Origin: an uncultured Candidatus Rokubacteria bacterium
Lineage (GTDB): Bacteria; Methylomirabilota; Methylomirabilia; Rokubacteriales; CSP1-6
Direction: 5' to 3'
Length of the DNA: 64,000 nt
Assembly: GCA_963771355.1 (NCBI GenBank)
Contig: CAVYTA010000006.1
Location: 1,600,001 to 1,664,000, forward strand
How positions within the stretch are numbered: position 1 is the stretch's first letter; the number at the start of each line of letters is the position of its first letter. Under the pieces are notes generated by a model. It did no database searches and had not been told where the DNA came from. It was given only the letters and a program-made list of their open reading frames with translations. This document shows positions 9,641-19,451 of this stretch, piece by piece. Position numbers and translations under genes: made by a program.

Positions 9641-11044
9641 TCAGTCCAGCGGCGGCCGGCGGCGGTGCCAGTCCGTCGCGCGCTCGTACGCGTGCCCGGC
9701 GCGCAGCACGGCGGCCTCGTCGAACGGCCGCCCCACGATCTGCATGCCGAGCGGCAGGCCACTCGCCGCGAAGCCACAAGGCAGCGCCAGCACCGGCAGG
9801 CCGAGGCCGTTCCACGGCCGCGTCAGGCGCGAGAATCGCCCCATGCGCGCGGCGACGGCCTCCCCTTCCCCCGCGGTGGCGTCGGCCAGCGTGGGGGCAG
9901 GCTCGGGAATGGCGGGCAAGACCAGAAGGTCGGTCTCCGCGAAAACCTCGTCGTTGAACCCGCGCGCCAGCCGCGCCCGCAGGCGAAGGGCCTGGAGATA
10001 GTCGTGCGCCGAGAGGCGCGTGCCCACCGCGAGCCGCGCCCGCACCGCAGGCTGCAGCTCGTGCGGACGCTCGCGGAGAATGCGGGAGTGTACCGCCGCG
10101 CTTTCCGCGCGCGCGATGAGGCTGCTCACGTCGTGGATGACCTGGGGATCGGGAAGCCGGAGCGACGTCACCCGGGCGCCCAGGCGCTCGAAGGTCACGA
10201 GCGCGGCCTGCGTGGTCGCGGCCACCTCGGACGCGACGCCATCGAGGTAGTAGTTCTCCGGCATCGCGATCCGCAGGCCGGCGATCGACCGCTCGAGCTC
10301 GGCCAGATAGCCCGGCACCGGGCGTGGGCTCGAGGTGGCGTCCTGGGGATCGGGCCCGGCGATGACTTCCAGCAGCAGGGCGACGTCGGCCACCGTGCGC
10401 GCCATGGGCCCGATGTGGTCCATCGCCCAGGACAACGGCATCGCTCCCGCCCGGCTCACCCGGCCATAGGTGGGCTTGAGCCCCACGATGCCGCAGCAGG
10501 CAGCGGGTAACCGGATGGAGCCGCCGGTGTCCGTACCCAGCGCGCCCAGGGCCAGCCCCGCCGCCACCGCTACCGCCGAGCCGCTGGAGGAGCCTCCCGA
10601 CACGTGACCGGCGCGCCAGGGGTTCTGCGCGTCGCCATGGTGCGCGTTGTCGCCGAAGGGACCGAGCGCCAGCTCCGCCATGTTGAGCTTGCCGAGCGTG
10701 TTCGCGCCCGCCTCGACCAGGCGGGCCACCGCGGTGGCGTCCCGCTCGGCGAAGAAGTACTCCGCGGTCTTGGTGCCGCATGACGTCGGGAGACCGCCGA
10801 TGTGAAAGAGGTCCTTGTGGGCGAGCGGCACCCCGTGCAGCGGGCCGCGCCAGCGACCGGCGGCGGCCTCCGCCTCGAGCTCGCGTGCGCGGGCCAGGGC
10901 TCCCGCCGCATCCACCGTGATGTAGGCACGCAGGCGGCCGTCGAGACGCTCGATGCGCGCCAGGCACTGCTGGGCAACTTCGACGGGTGAGATCCGCCGC
11001 GCGCGGATGGCCGCGGCCAGCGCGGCGATGGTCCAGTCGGTCAT
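9641..11044 (-). CDS. amidase signature family protein (GatA/AtzE-like)
   Basis: HGVPLAHKD, GGSSSGSA, GTDTGGSIRLPA. Confidence 0.95.
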   Translation of the reverse strand: MTDWTIAALAAAIRARRISPVEVAQQCLARIERLDGRLRAYITVDAAGALARARELEAEAAAGRWRGPLHGVPLAHKDLFHIGGLPTSCGTKTAEYFFAERDATAVARLVEAGANTLGKLNMAELALGPFGDNAHHGDAQNPWRAGHVSGGSSSGSAVAVAAGLALGALGTDTGGSIRLPAACCGIVGLKPTYGRVSRAGAMPLSWAMDHIGPMARTVADVALLLEVIAGPDPQDATSSPRPVPGYLAELERSIAGLRIAMPENYYLDGVASEVAATTQAALVTFERLGARVTSLRLPDPQVIHDVSSLIARAESAAVHSRILRERPHELQPAVRARLAVGTRLSAHDYLQALRLRARLARGFNDEVFAETDLLVLPAIPEPAPTLADATAGEGEAVAARMGRFSRLTRPWNGLGLPVLALPCGFAASGLPLGMQIVGRPFDEAAVLRAGHAYERATDWHRRRPPLD

Positions 11045-11253
11045 CGCGCGGCGGACCGGCGGGATGCTCCGGGGCGCGGATCCGGCAGCGGCGCCGCCTC
11101 GTCCGGCGCAGCCGCCTCGAGCGCGGCGGCGAAGCGCGCGGGCTCCTCGACCAGGGACAGGTCGGCCTCCGCCCGCTCGATCACCGCCGCCATGCCCGCC
11201 ACTTCCGCGCGGGCGGGATCGCGGGGGCCATCCGGCACGGCGGGCGTGCTCAC
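11041..11253 (-). CDS. small (70 aa) protein, possible GatC/AtzG-like amidase partner
   Basis: GTG overlaps the upstream stop (GTGA) and its stop overlaps the amidase ATG (ATGA); ...IERAEADLSLVEEPARF... Confidence 0.6.
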   Translation of the reverse strand: MSTPAVPDGPRDPARAEVAGMAAVIERAEADLSLVEEPARFAAALEAAAPDEAAPLPDPRPGASRRSAAR

Positions 11254-12035
11254 CGCTCGGCCCGCGCGCGGCAGTCCGCGAGCATCGCGATGAGCGTGGA
11301 CCGCGCCGCCTCCAGCGAGGTGACCTCGGCGGGGAAGGCGATGCGCCGGGCGGTGAGCTCGGACCCGCGGCGGATGCGGAGCCGGAAGCCGAGCCGGTCC
11401 ACCGCCACCATCTCCGCCGCGTCCGCGGGGATCCCGCCGAGCACGCGGGCGAACACGAGGAGCGCGTCCGCGTGGTCGCGGTTCATGTGCTCGATGATGC
11501 TCGCCGCGCCCTCCGCGAGCGGATCGGGCCGAGCGGCGGCATAGGCCTCGGCGCCCACCCAATCCATGGCGGCGAACCCGCCCACGAAGTAGACCTCGGC
11601 CACTTCGAGACGCCAGAAGGCGAAGTCGTCGAAGTCCACCCAGGCGGCCGCCTCGGGATGCCGCTCGAGATAGCGCGCGCGGACGGCGGGGAGATCCGGC
11701 GCGGCGAGCGGTCGTGCCTCGCCCACCAGGGTGGCGCGCGCGGCGGCCAGCGGATCGTCCGCCCGGCCCGGCTGGGTCACGAGCAGACTCGCCCGGCGAT
11801 CGGCCTCCAGGTTGCGCGTGTGCATGGCCATGCCGCTGATGAGGACGAGGGGCCGGCCGCGCTCGTCGGGAGCATATGGCATCACCGAGCCGAAGGGATG
11901 GCCTGGGTGCCGGCGGGACAGTGTGGAGAGCGCGCCGGTGCGCGCGACGTGCACGAGGGTGCGGGCCCGCTCGGCGTAGCTGGGCTCGGCGGCGGCGGGG
12001 ACCGTGGGCGCGCTGGAATCCGCGTGCTGACTCAT
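11250..12035 (-). CDS. HugZ/pyridoxamine 5'-phosphate oxidase-like split-barrel protein with DUF2470-like C-terminus
   Basis: GHPFGS, HTRNL..D.RASL, VGGFA, IIEHMNRDHAD. Confidence 0.9.
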   Translation of the reverse strand: MSQHADSSAPTVPAAAEPSYAERARTLVHVARTGALSTLSRRHPGHPFGSVMPYAPDERGRPLVLISGMAMHTRNLEADRRASLLVTQPGRADDPLAAARATLVGEARPLAAPDLPAVRARYLERHPEAAAWVDFDDFAFWRLEVAEVYFVGGFAAMDWVGAEAYAAARPDPLAEGAASIIEHMNRDHADALLVFARVLGGIPADAAEMVAVDRLGFRLRIRRGSELTARRIAFPAEVTSLEAARSTLIAMLADCRARAER

Positions 12036-13756
12036 GGCGATGCGCTGACTGTATCACCGGCGCCGGCGAGACGCGCAGCGAGGCGCTGGGCATCTTCCAC
12101 CACGAGGACCGTGAGCGGCGCCTGACGGTTGCGCAGCGTGAGCTCGTGCCGCGGCAGCGCCGTCGTCGGCACGCCGGCGCGTGTCGCCACCACCTCCGAG
12201 ATCACCAGCTCGCACTGGTAGTCCTTGGTCAGGGCCTCCAGCCGCGCGGCCACGTGCACGGTGTCGCCCACCGCGGTGAGATAGAACGCCTGGCCGTACC
12301 CCATGCCCCCCACCACGGTGGACCCCGAGTGGATGCCGATCCCGATGCGCAGCGGCGAATCGAGCTCGTCGCCCAGGGACTGGCTCAGCTCGCGCACGCG
12401 CTCCACCATGGCCGCGGCGGCGCCGAGCGCCTGACGGCAACCGACGGCGGCGCCCTTTTCGACCCCGAAGAGCGCCATCACCCCGTCGCCGGTGAACTGG
12501 TTGACGATCCCCCCCGCGTCCGTGACCGCGGTGCCCACCGCCTCGAAGTAGCGGTTGAGGAAGAAGACGACGTCATAGGGCAGCCGGTGCTCGGCCAGCC
12601 GGGTGAAGCCGCGGAGGTCGGCGAAGAGCACGGCGATCTCCCGCTCCTGGCCGTGACGGGCGCCGACTTGCAAGGCGGCCGCCTGGGCCGACAGCGAGGC
12701 CGGCATGAGCGGGACCACCGCGATGTCCCCGGCCGGGCGAAGCTGGCAGGCCAGCCGCACGTTGGGAGGGGCGCTCACGCGTTCGAGCACGCGCGCCTCG
12801 GCGGCACTCGGCGCCGGGAGCGCGCCCAGGTCGCCCACCACGCGGATCCGGCACGTCGAGCAGCGGCCGCGGCCCCCGCAGGCGGACGCGTGCGGGATCC
12901 GCCCGAATCGGCTCGCCTCGAGCACGCTCCAGCCGGGCGGCACGAGGACGTCGCGGCGCTCCGGATAGCTCACGCGAATCATGCCCCGGCGCCGGCGGAT
13001 TCGCTCGCGCGCGACCCGCGCGATCAGCACGCCGACGAGGGCGGCGCCATAGGTCGCCAGCATGGCGCGCTGGATCTCGCCCGGCCGCGCGCGCTCCGCG
13101 GGTGTCACGGGCTGGGCCGTCCGCATCAGGTCGCGGGCCAACCCCGGCGTCCGGGCCAGCAGCGCCGCCGCCTCTCGCGCGCCGGCGGCGAAGCCCAGCA
13201 GGGCCAGCACCGGCACGAGGAGCGCGCCCGCGAAGAGCGCCAGGGCCACGCGCGGATACCACCGACGAAACCGGAGCCAGAAGTGAAGCCCCATGCAGCC
13301 GTGGATCCAGGCGATGAGCAGGAGGCACACCTGACGCAGTCCCGCGGTCGGGTCGAAGACCCACAAGAAAAGCAGCACCCGCGCGTACGACGGCGTGGTG
13401 CCGAGCAGCGCGTCGGTCACCCCAGTCCCTGCGATGTGGGAGAGCAGGAGCGGTGGGATGGCGAGGCCGAGGACGAGCTGGGCCGCCTCCCAGGCCGGCA
13501 TTCGCAGCGTGCGGCGCCGGTAGAGCGCCCAGAGCCCGAGGCCCAGATGGGTGATGAGCGCCCCGTAGAGGAGGACCATGCCCGGCGGGCTGCGCCAGAG
13601 GAGCAGGGCCCAGGTGAGTCCCCGCTCCATCGCCCCGAGGGAGATCAGGCCCAGGGCGTGGTTGCTGAGATGGAGGAGGACGTAGGTGAACAGCGTCAGG
13701 CCGCCCCAGAGACGCACTTTCCTGGTCAGGGGCGTCCCGGCGAGGACGAATCGCAT
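12032..13756 (-). CDS. membrane adenylate/guanylate cyclase with 2Fe-2S ferredoxin domain (CyaC-like)
   Basis: TM region with His (LHLSNHALG, THLGL, SHI, WIHGCMG); CGGRGRCSTC...RLACQ; FADLRGFT, GDGVMALFG, GDTVHVAARLE. Confidence 0.9.
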   Translation of the reverse strand: MRFVLAGTPLTRKVRLWGGLTLFTYVLLHLSNHALGLISLGAMERGLTWALLLWRSPPGMVLLYGALITHLGLGLWALYRRRTLRMPAWEAAQLVLGLAIPPLLLSHIAGTGVTDALLGTTPSYARVLLFLWVFDPTAGLRQVCLLLIAWIHGCMGLHFWLRFRRWYPRVALALFAGALLVPVLALLGFAAGAREAAALLARTPGLARDLMRTAQPVTPAERARPGEIQRAMLATYGAALVGVLIARVARERIRRRRGMIRVSYPERRDVLVPPGWSVLEASRFGRIPHASACGGRGRCSTCRIRVVGDLGALPAPSAAEARVLERVSAPPNVRLACQLRPAGDIAVVPLMPASLSAQAAALQVGARHGQEREIAVLFADLRGFTRLAEHRLPYDVVFFLNRYFEAVGTAVTDAGGIVNQFTGDGVMALFGVEKGAAVGCRQALGAAAAMVERVRELSQSLGDELDSPLRIGIGIHSGSTVVGGMGYGQAFYLTAVGDTVHVAARLEALTKDYQCELVISEVVATRAGVPTTALPRHELTLRNRQAPLTVLVVEDAQRLAARLAGAGDTVSASP

Positions 13757-13770
13757 CAGACGCGGCGGCC

Positions 13771-14571
13771 CTAGAGGGCGCTTCGCCCCGCCGCCTTGTC
13801 GAGAAAGCGGACCAGCACGCGATTGAACTCCTCGGGCTGCTCGAGATTCGACAGGTGCGAGGCGGAGCGCAGGATCGCCAGCTCGGCCGATGGCAGGGCG
13901 GCGTGGATATCGCGCGCCATCTCCACCGGGGTGCCCGGATCCTCCTCGCCCACGATGACCAGCGCCGGACAGGCGACGGCGCCGAGCCGGTCGGTGACGT
14001 TGATCTTCGGGATGGCGTGGCAGCAGCCGATGTAACCCTGGGCGGGCGTGGCGCGGATCATCGCGCCCACCTGCTCCATGAGATCCGGGCGCCGGGCGCG
14101 GAAGGGGGCGGTGAACCACCGGCCGAGCGTGGGCTCGACCAGGGGCTCCATCCCCTTCGCCTCCACGGTCTTGATGCGGTCTTGCCAGACGGGCGCCGCG
14201 GCCGCCGGGTAGCGGCTCGTCGTGTCACAGAGGACGAGGCTCTGGACCATCTCCGGATACTTCAGCGCGAAGATCTGGCCGATCATTCCGCCCATGGAGA
14301 GGCCCACGAAGTGTGTCCGCGCGATGCCGAGCCCGCCGAGGAGCCCGTGGACGTCTTCCGCCAGCTGCTCCAGCGTGTAGGCGCCCGCGGGCGCGCCCGA
14401 CTGGCCGTGGCCGCGCGTGTCGAAGCGCAGCACGCGATAGCGGCCCCGGAGCGCGGCCGCCTGAGCGTCCCACATCGAGAGGTCGCAGCCCAGTGAGTGG
14501 CTGAACGTCACCACCGGCCCCTCCCCTTCGATGGCGTAGTTGATCTCGATTCCGTTGACGGAGAGCTTCAT
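13771..14571 (-). CDS. pcaD: 3-oxoadipate enol-lactonase-like alpha/beta hydrolase
   Basis: SHSLG, DTRGHG, GLSMGG, RWFT, SHLSNLEQP. Confidence 0.8.
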   Translation of the reverse strand: MKLSVNGIEINYAIEGEGPVVTFSHSLGCDLSMWDAQAAALRGRYRVLRFDTRGHGQSGAPAGAYTLEQLAEDVHGLLGGLGIARTHFVGLSMGGMIGQIFALKYPEMVQSLVLCDTTSRYPAAAAPVWQDRIKTVEAKGMEPLVEPTLGRWFTAPFRARRPDLMEQVGAMIRATPAQGYIGCCHAIPKINVTDRLGAVACPALVIVGEEDPGTPVEMARDIHAALPSAELAILRSASHLSNLEQPEEFNRVLVRFLDKAAGRSAL

Positions 14572-14584
14572 CGCTGGTCCCCTC

Positions 14585-17500
14585 TCACTCTTTGGTGGCG
14601 GTGCTGGGGCAGATCTGGTTGTACGCGCAGTATCGGCAGATCTGGTAGCCCGGCGTGGGATCGAACTGCCGCGCGCGAATGCCGGCGGCGGCCTCCTCGA
14701 TGGCGGTGCGCGCGTCGGCGAGATCCTCGGCGGTGGGCGTATGCCGACCGGCGAGGCCGGACTCGAGGAAGCGCAGCTCCACGCGTGCGGGGAGCTCGCC
14801 GGTGGCCTGCTGGTGGGCCAGCGCGTACATCTTGAGCTGAAGGCTCTCGCGCGCACGCTTGTCGGCGGCCTTCTGCTCGGTGACGTCGCTGGATTTGTAG
14901 TCCACGATCACCGTGCCCTCGGGGGTGTCGTCCACGCGATCAAACCGGCCCCGCACCCGCGTGGGGCCGAGGGCAAACATGAATTCACCTTCCACGCTCA
15001 GCGGCTTCTGGCCGGACGCCTCCTCCTCGTGATAGAAGCGCGTGAGCGCCTCCACGCCCGCCTGCTTGCGCTTCTCCTCGTGCTCGCGGGTGAGGAAGCC
15101 TTCGTTGCGCCAGGCATCGTCGAATGCCCGGAGGAAATCCTCGAGCGAAGTGTAGTTACCCGCCACGCGCCGACGCAGGTAGAGTTCCACTGCCTTGTGC
15201 AGCGCGCTGCCGTAGACGATGGCGTGGTGCTGCCGCAGCGGGATGCGCAGCAGGTGCACGTACTGGTACTTCAGCGGGCACGTGCGGTAGTCGTCCACCT
15301 GGTGGTGGCTCACCATCAGCTCGGCGTCGGCAGGCAGCGGCGCCTGCCCCGCGCTCTGATGCTCCGGCGGGGGCGCGTTGCGCTTCAGCTCCTCGATGGG
15401 CTGGGCCCTGAAAAGCCGCACCGCGTCCACCGACAGCTCGAGCGCCTCTACCACGAACTGGCTCACCTTCCACTTGCGCTTACCGCCGAGGTCCTCGGCG
15501 CCGGTGAGATAGAGCCGATCCTTGGCTCGGGTCATCGCCACGTAGAAGAGCCGGCGCTCTTCCTGAAGGTGGAAATCCCCGCCCGGCAAGGTGTCCTTGA
15601 TGAGGGCAGCCGGCATCTCGATGGGCTCCGAGCGCCGGATCGAAGGGAAACGGTTGTGCACACAGTTGACCACGAATACTACTGGCCACTCGAGCCCCTT
15701 CGCTTTGTGCACGGTAAGCACATGCACCGCGGGGATGTCCGAGTCGGGCTCCGCCAAGGGCGGATCGTCATCGGCATCGATCAACGCGTCGAGATGATTC
15801 ACGAACTCGCGCACGGTATCGTACTTCAGCACGCGTCCGGCATCCCGCACCCGGCTGAAGAACTTGCTGACGTTCTGGACCTCCTGCTCCAGCTCCGCGG
15901 GCGCCTTCGCGTAGCGGGTCATCAGCCCGGAGTCGGTGAGGAACTGATACAGGAGCTCGCCGGTGGGTGTCTCCCGCGCCAGCTCCATGTAGCGCTGAAG
16001 GTCCGCCACCAGCCGGCGCACCGCCGCCGCGCCCTCCTCGCTCAACGCCACCTCCGCCGGCGGATCCCGGAGCACGTCGAAGAGCCAGCGATGGCGCCGG
16101 TCGGCAAAGGTGGCGCACTTGGTGAGGTCCACGATCGGCACCTGATAGATGTCGGAGGACGCGAGGTAGTGCAGGCTCACCGATTCGTCAGGATGCGCCA
16201 CCGTCCGGAGGAACGAGATGAGCAGCCGGATTTCCGGCCGGCCGTAGAGCCCGGCATTCCCCGAGAAGGTCCAAGGCAGGTCGCGCGTATTGAGCGCCCG
16301 GAGAAAAGCGTCGGCGTCGTTGTTGGCCCGGACCAGGATGGCGAAGTCCTTGAGCGGCCGCCCCTGCGCGTGCTCCTCGACGATGAGGTCGGCCACCTGA
16401 TCCGCCTCGGAGGTGAGGGTGTCGAAAGCCAGGTAGCGCGGCGGCCGCGGGTTGGGGGCCGCCCCTGTCATGCTGATCAGCTTCTTGCTGATTCCGTACT
16501 TCACTTCGAGCCGGTCGGGGTTATTGAACTGGATGAGCCGGTACGCGCTGTCCAGCACTTCCTGCGGACACCGGTAGTTCTCGGTAAGCACGATGTCCCG
16601 GGCGTCCGGATAGCGCTCCTTGAACTGGAGCACGTTCGAGATCGCGGCTCCCCGCCACTTGTAGATCGACTGATCGTCGTCGGCGACCACGGCGAGATTC
16701 CGGTGCCGCTCGGCCAGCCGCTCCACGATCTCGTTCTGCGCGTAGTTGGTGTCCTGGAACTCGTCCACCAGAACGTACTTGAACCGCTCCTGGTACCGGC
16801 GCAGCACGTGTGGGCGGGTCCGGAAGAGCCGGAGCGTCTCCACGATCTGGTCGCCGAAGTCGATCTGGCCGAGGCGCGCCATCAAGGTCTGGTACTGGGC
16901 ATAGGTGCGCGCCAGCTCGAGATGCTCCTCCGCCTCCAGCCGGCCCTCGTCGTCGGCGGCGCTCGAGAGGAGAACTTCCGCCTGCGCGAGATAGGCGTCC
17001 GGACCCACGTCCTCGTCCTTGAGCCGGCTGAAGAGGCCAAGGAAGGCCTGGAGATGCCGGGTCGGATCACCCAGCGGACGGTAGTGCTTGAGCGGAAACT
17101 CGAAGAGGTGATCGCGCAGGAAGATCACTTGCTCCGCGCGGGTGAGCACCCGGAAGTCAGGCGTGAGCCCCAGCTCGAGCGCGTTCTCCTTGATGAGGCG
17201 ATCGCCGAAGGCGTGAAAAGTGGAGATCTGCACGTCGGCATAGCCGTAGGGGACGAGCGTGTCCACCCGCTCCTCCATCTCGGCGGCCGCCTTGTCGGTG
17301 AAGGTCAGGGCCAGGATCTCGGAGGGACGCGCGCGCCGCGCGGCGATGAGGTAGGCGATGCGCCGGGTGATGACCGTGGTCTTCCCGGTGCCGGCGCCGG
17401 CGATGATGAGCAGCGGCCCGGCCTCGTGGGTGACGGCGGCGCGCTGGGCCTCGTTGAGGCCTTCGAGGATCCGATCGATGCCGCGCGGTTCCCGCTCCAT
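14585..17500 (-). CDS. UvrD/PcrA-family helicase fused to a C-terminal PD-(D/E)XK nuclease
   Basis: AGAGTGKT, VDEFQD, HKAKGLE, EERRLFYVAMTRA; C-terminal GRFDRVD, VDYKS, QLKMY; Cys at CPLKY and CRYC...C. Confidence 0.93.
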   Translation of the reverse strand: MEREPRGIDRILEGLNEAQRAAVTHEAGPLLIIAGAGTGKTTVITRRIAYLIAARRARPSEILALTFTDKAAAEMEERVDTLVPYGYADVQISTFHAFGDRLIKENALELGLTPDFRVLTRAEQVIFLRDHLFEFPLKHYRPLGDPTRHLQAFLGLFSRLKDEDVGPDAYLAQAEVLLSSAADDEGRLEAEEHLELARTYAQYQTLMARLGQIDFGDQIVETLRLFRTRPHVLRRYQERFKYVLVDEFQDTNYAQNEIVERLAERHRNLAVVADDDQSIYKWRGAAISNVLQFKERYPDARDIVLTENYRCPQEVLDSAYRLIQFNNPDRLEVKYGISKKLISMTGAAPNPRPPRYLAFDTLTSEADQVADLIVEEHAQGRPLKDFAILVRANNDADAFLRALNTRDLPWTFSGNAGLYGRPEIRLLISFLRTVAHPDESVSLHYLASSDIYQVPIVDLTKCATFADRRHRWLFDVLRDPPAEVALSEEGAAAVRRLVADLQRYMELARETPTGELLYQFLTDSGLMTRYAKAPAELEQEVQNVSKFFSRVRDAGRVLKYDTVREFVNHLDALIDADDDPPLAEPDSDIPAVHVLTVHKAKGLEWPVVFVVNCVHNRFPSIRRSEPIEMPAALIKDTLPGGDFHLQEERRLFYVAMTRAKDRLYLTGAEDLGGKRKWKVSQFVVEALELSVDAVRLFRAQPIEELKRNAPPPEHQSAGQAPLPADAELMVSHHQVDDYRTCPLKYQYVHLLRIPLRQHHAIVYGSALHKAVELYLRRRVAGNYTSLEDFLRAFDDAWRNEGFLTREHEEKRKQAGVEALTRFYHEEEASGQKPLSVEGEFMFALGPTRVRGRFDRVDDTPEGTVIVDYKSSDVTEQKAADKRARESLQLKMYALAHQQATGELPARVELRFLESGLAGRHTPTAEDLADARTAIEEAAAGIRARQFDPTPGYQICRYCAYNQICPSTATKE

Positions 17501-17556
17501 GTCGCTACCCGCGAATCATAACATTCGCGCGCAGGGCCGCGGCCACGGCGCGGCGG

Positions 17557-18522
17557 CTAGCGACGGATCTCCGTGCTGTCCGAGGCCATCAGCTCCTCCA
17601 GCTCGGCGCGGCCGACCAGCGCGATGTCGCCCCAGATCGTGCACTTCAGCGCGGCCAGCGCGGTGCCCGCATCCACCGCCGCCTGCGCGCCACCCCCGGT
17701 GAGCAGGGCCCAGAGAAAGCCCGCCGCGAACGCATCTCCGGCCCCCACACGGTCTACCACGGACACGGTATAGCGCTTGCGCGGCCGCCACACCGTGCCG
17801 CCCTCGAGCACGGCCGCGCCCGCCTCGCCGAGCGTGAGCGCGATGGTGGCCTGAGGCGCATGCGTCCGCAGACCTGCCAGCACAGCCTCGGGAGAGCCCG
17901 TGTGCTCGAACACCGTCTCCGCATCGTCCGCGCCGATGAAGAGGTAGCGTACGGCGGGCAGGATCTCCACGAGAAAGTCCCGCGCCTCCTTCGGCGTCCA
18001 CAGGCGGCCCCGATAGTTGATGTCGAGCGACAGGGACACGCCGGCCGCGGCCGCCTCGCGCACCGCACGCCGGATCACCTCGCGGAGATTCTCGCCGAGC
18101 GCGGGCGTGATCCCGGACAGATGCAGGAGACGGGTGCCCCGCAGCCGCGTCCAGTCCACGTCCTCCGGCTGGAGCCGGCTCATCGCCGAATCGCGCCGAT
18201 CGTACAGGATGCGGACCGGGCGCGGCGCCATGCCGTACTCCAGGAAGTACAGGCCCATGCGCGCCCCCTCGGGTCGGAGCACCCCCGCGCAGTCGACGCC
18301 ATGCCCCGTGAGCTCACGCAGCGCGCGGTCCGCCCAGGCATGCGCGGCCGGAAACGCGGAGATGAACGCGGTGCGCAAGCCGAGGCGCGCGCAGGCGGCG
18401 GCCACGTTGGCCTCGGAACCGCCGATCTGCACGTCCAGGGAGACGGCCTGCTCGAGTCGCTGCGGGGGCGGCGCGGCGAGCCGCAGCATCACCTCTCCCA
18501 GCGAGACGAGGTCGAAGCCCAT
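17557..18522 (-). CDS. PfkB-family sugar kinase (KdgK-like)
   Basis: GEVMLRL, GGSEANVA, YDRRDSA, DINYR, DRVGAGDAFAAG. Confidence 0.9.
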   Translation of the reverse strand: MGFDLVSLGEVMLRLAAPPPQRLEQAVSLDVQIGGSEANVAAACARLGLRTAFISAFPAAHAWADRALRELTGHGVDCAGVLRPEGARMGLYFLEYGMAPRPVRILYDRRDSAMSRLQPEDVDWTRLRGTRLLHLSGITPALGENLREVIRRAVREAAAAGVSLSLDINYRGRLWTPKEARDFLVEILPAVRYLFIGADDAETVFEHTGSPEAVLAGLRTHAPQATIALTLGEAGAAVLEGGTVWRPRKRYTVSVVDRVGAGDAFAAGFLWALLTGGGAQAAVDAGTALAALKCTIWGDIALVGRAELEELMASDSTEIRR

Positions 18523-18531
18523 GCCGGGCGG

Positions 18532-19332
18532 TCAGGCGGTGGAGACGAGCCGGACGGTGAAGGAGCTGCCGAACATCAAGGAGGAGCGCACCGACTCGAC
18601 GTGGCGCGCCTGATCGAAGGTGACGCGAGCCGGCTGGCTCGAGCGCGCCCACGAGGAGAAGCGCGTGATGTCGATCTGCGCGCTCAGCAGGCCGGTGGCA
18701 GGATCCGACGTCACCCGGAAGCGAAGCGGCACGATCTCGGCGCGATAGCCGTTCGCCGAGACATCGTCCAGTCCTTCGTTCTCCGCCTTCGCCCGGCGCA
18801 CGATCGCGGTGCGGTAGTAGCCCTCGCCGTCCTGCTCGAGCCGATTCGCCGCAAAATTCAGCATGGCGGAGGCGATGTCGTCCACCGCCTGCCCCGCCGG
18901 GAGTTTGATCACATCGTCCACTTGGCGACGCCGGCCGAGAAACAAGGTGTAGCCTACGGAGTGGAACTCCACCGTGCCGTGCTCGTAGTTGTACTTCATC
19001 GTGCTCCAGCTCTCCCGACCGCGCACGGTACCGGTGCTCAGACTTTCGAGGGGCAGGAAGCGCCCGGCGCGAATGATCCCGCTCGCCTCCGTTCGCAGCG
19101 TGACCCCCGTGCCCTCGCCCGTGAGCACCACGCGATAACGGCTCGCCCCGTAGTCGATGTCCTCCGTCATGGTGCCGGACACGTGATAGGTCAGGAGGTC
19201 GAAGAGCACCCCGACGTCGGCCTGGTAGGAAAAGGTTTTCCTGCTCGGTAATCCCGCCCCGGCGACACGGGGCAAGAGAAGGAAGGCCAGAGGCAAACCC
19301 AGGAAGTGGCGTCGCGATAGAATCGGGGCCAT
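18532..19332 (-). CDS. hypothetical exported protein with Tat-like signal
   Basis: SRRHFL followed by hydrophobic stretch; beta-rich body; typical codon bias. Confidence 0.7.
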   Translation of the reverse strand: MAPILSRRHFLGLPLAFLLLPRVAGAGLPSRKTFSYQADVGVLFDLLTYHVSGTMTEDIDYGASRYRVVLTGEGTGVTLRTEASGIIRAGRFLPLESLSTGTVRGRESWSTMKYNYEHGTVEFHSVGYTLFLGRRRQVDDVIKLPAGQAVDDIASAMLNFAANRLEQDGEGYYRTAIVRRAKAENEGLDDVSANGYRAEIVPLRFRVTSDPATGLLSAQIDITRFSSWARSSQPARVTFDQARHVESVRSSLMFGSSFTVRLVSTA

Positions 19333-19451
19333 GGATACGTTGATTGTACCCGACGCGGGAGGCGGAGGAAACTTGGTTTCCCTCCAGTTTCTTGCTATGG
19401 TTCCGATTACCTCGCTTTAACTTTCAGTGGTTTAGGGGGCAGACCGTCTCC

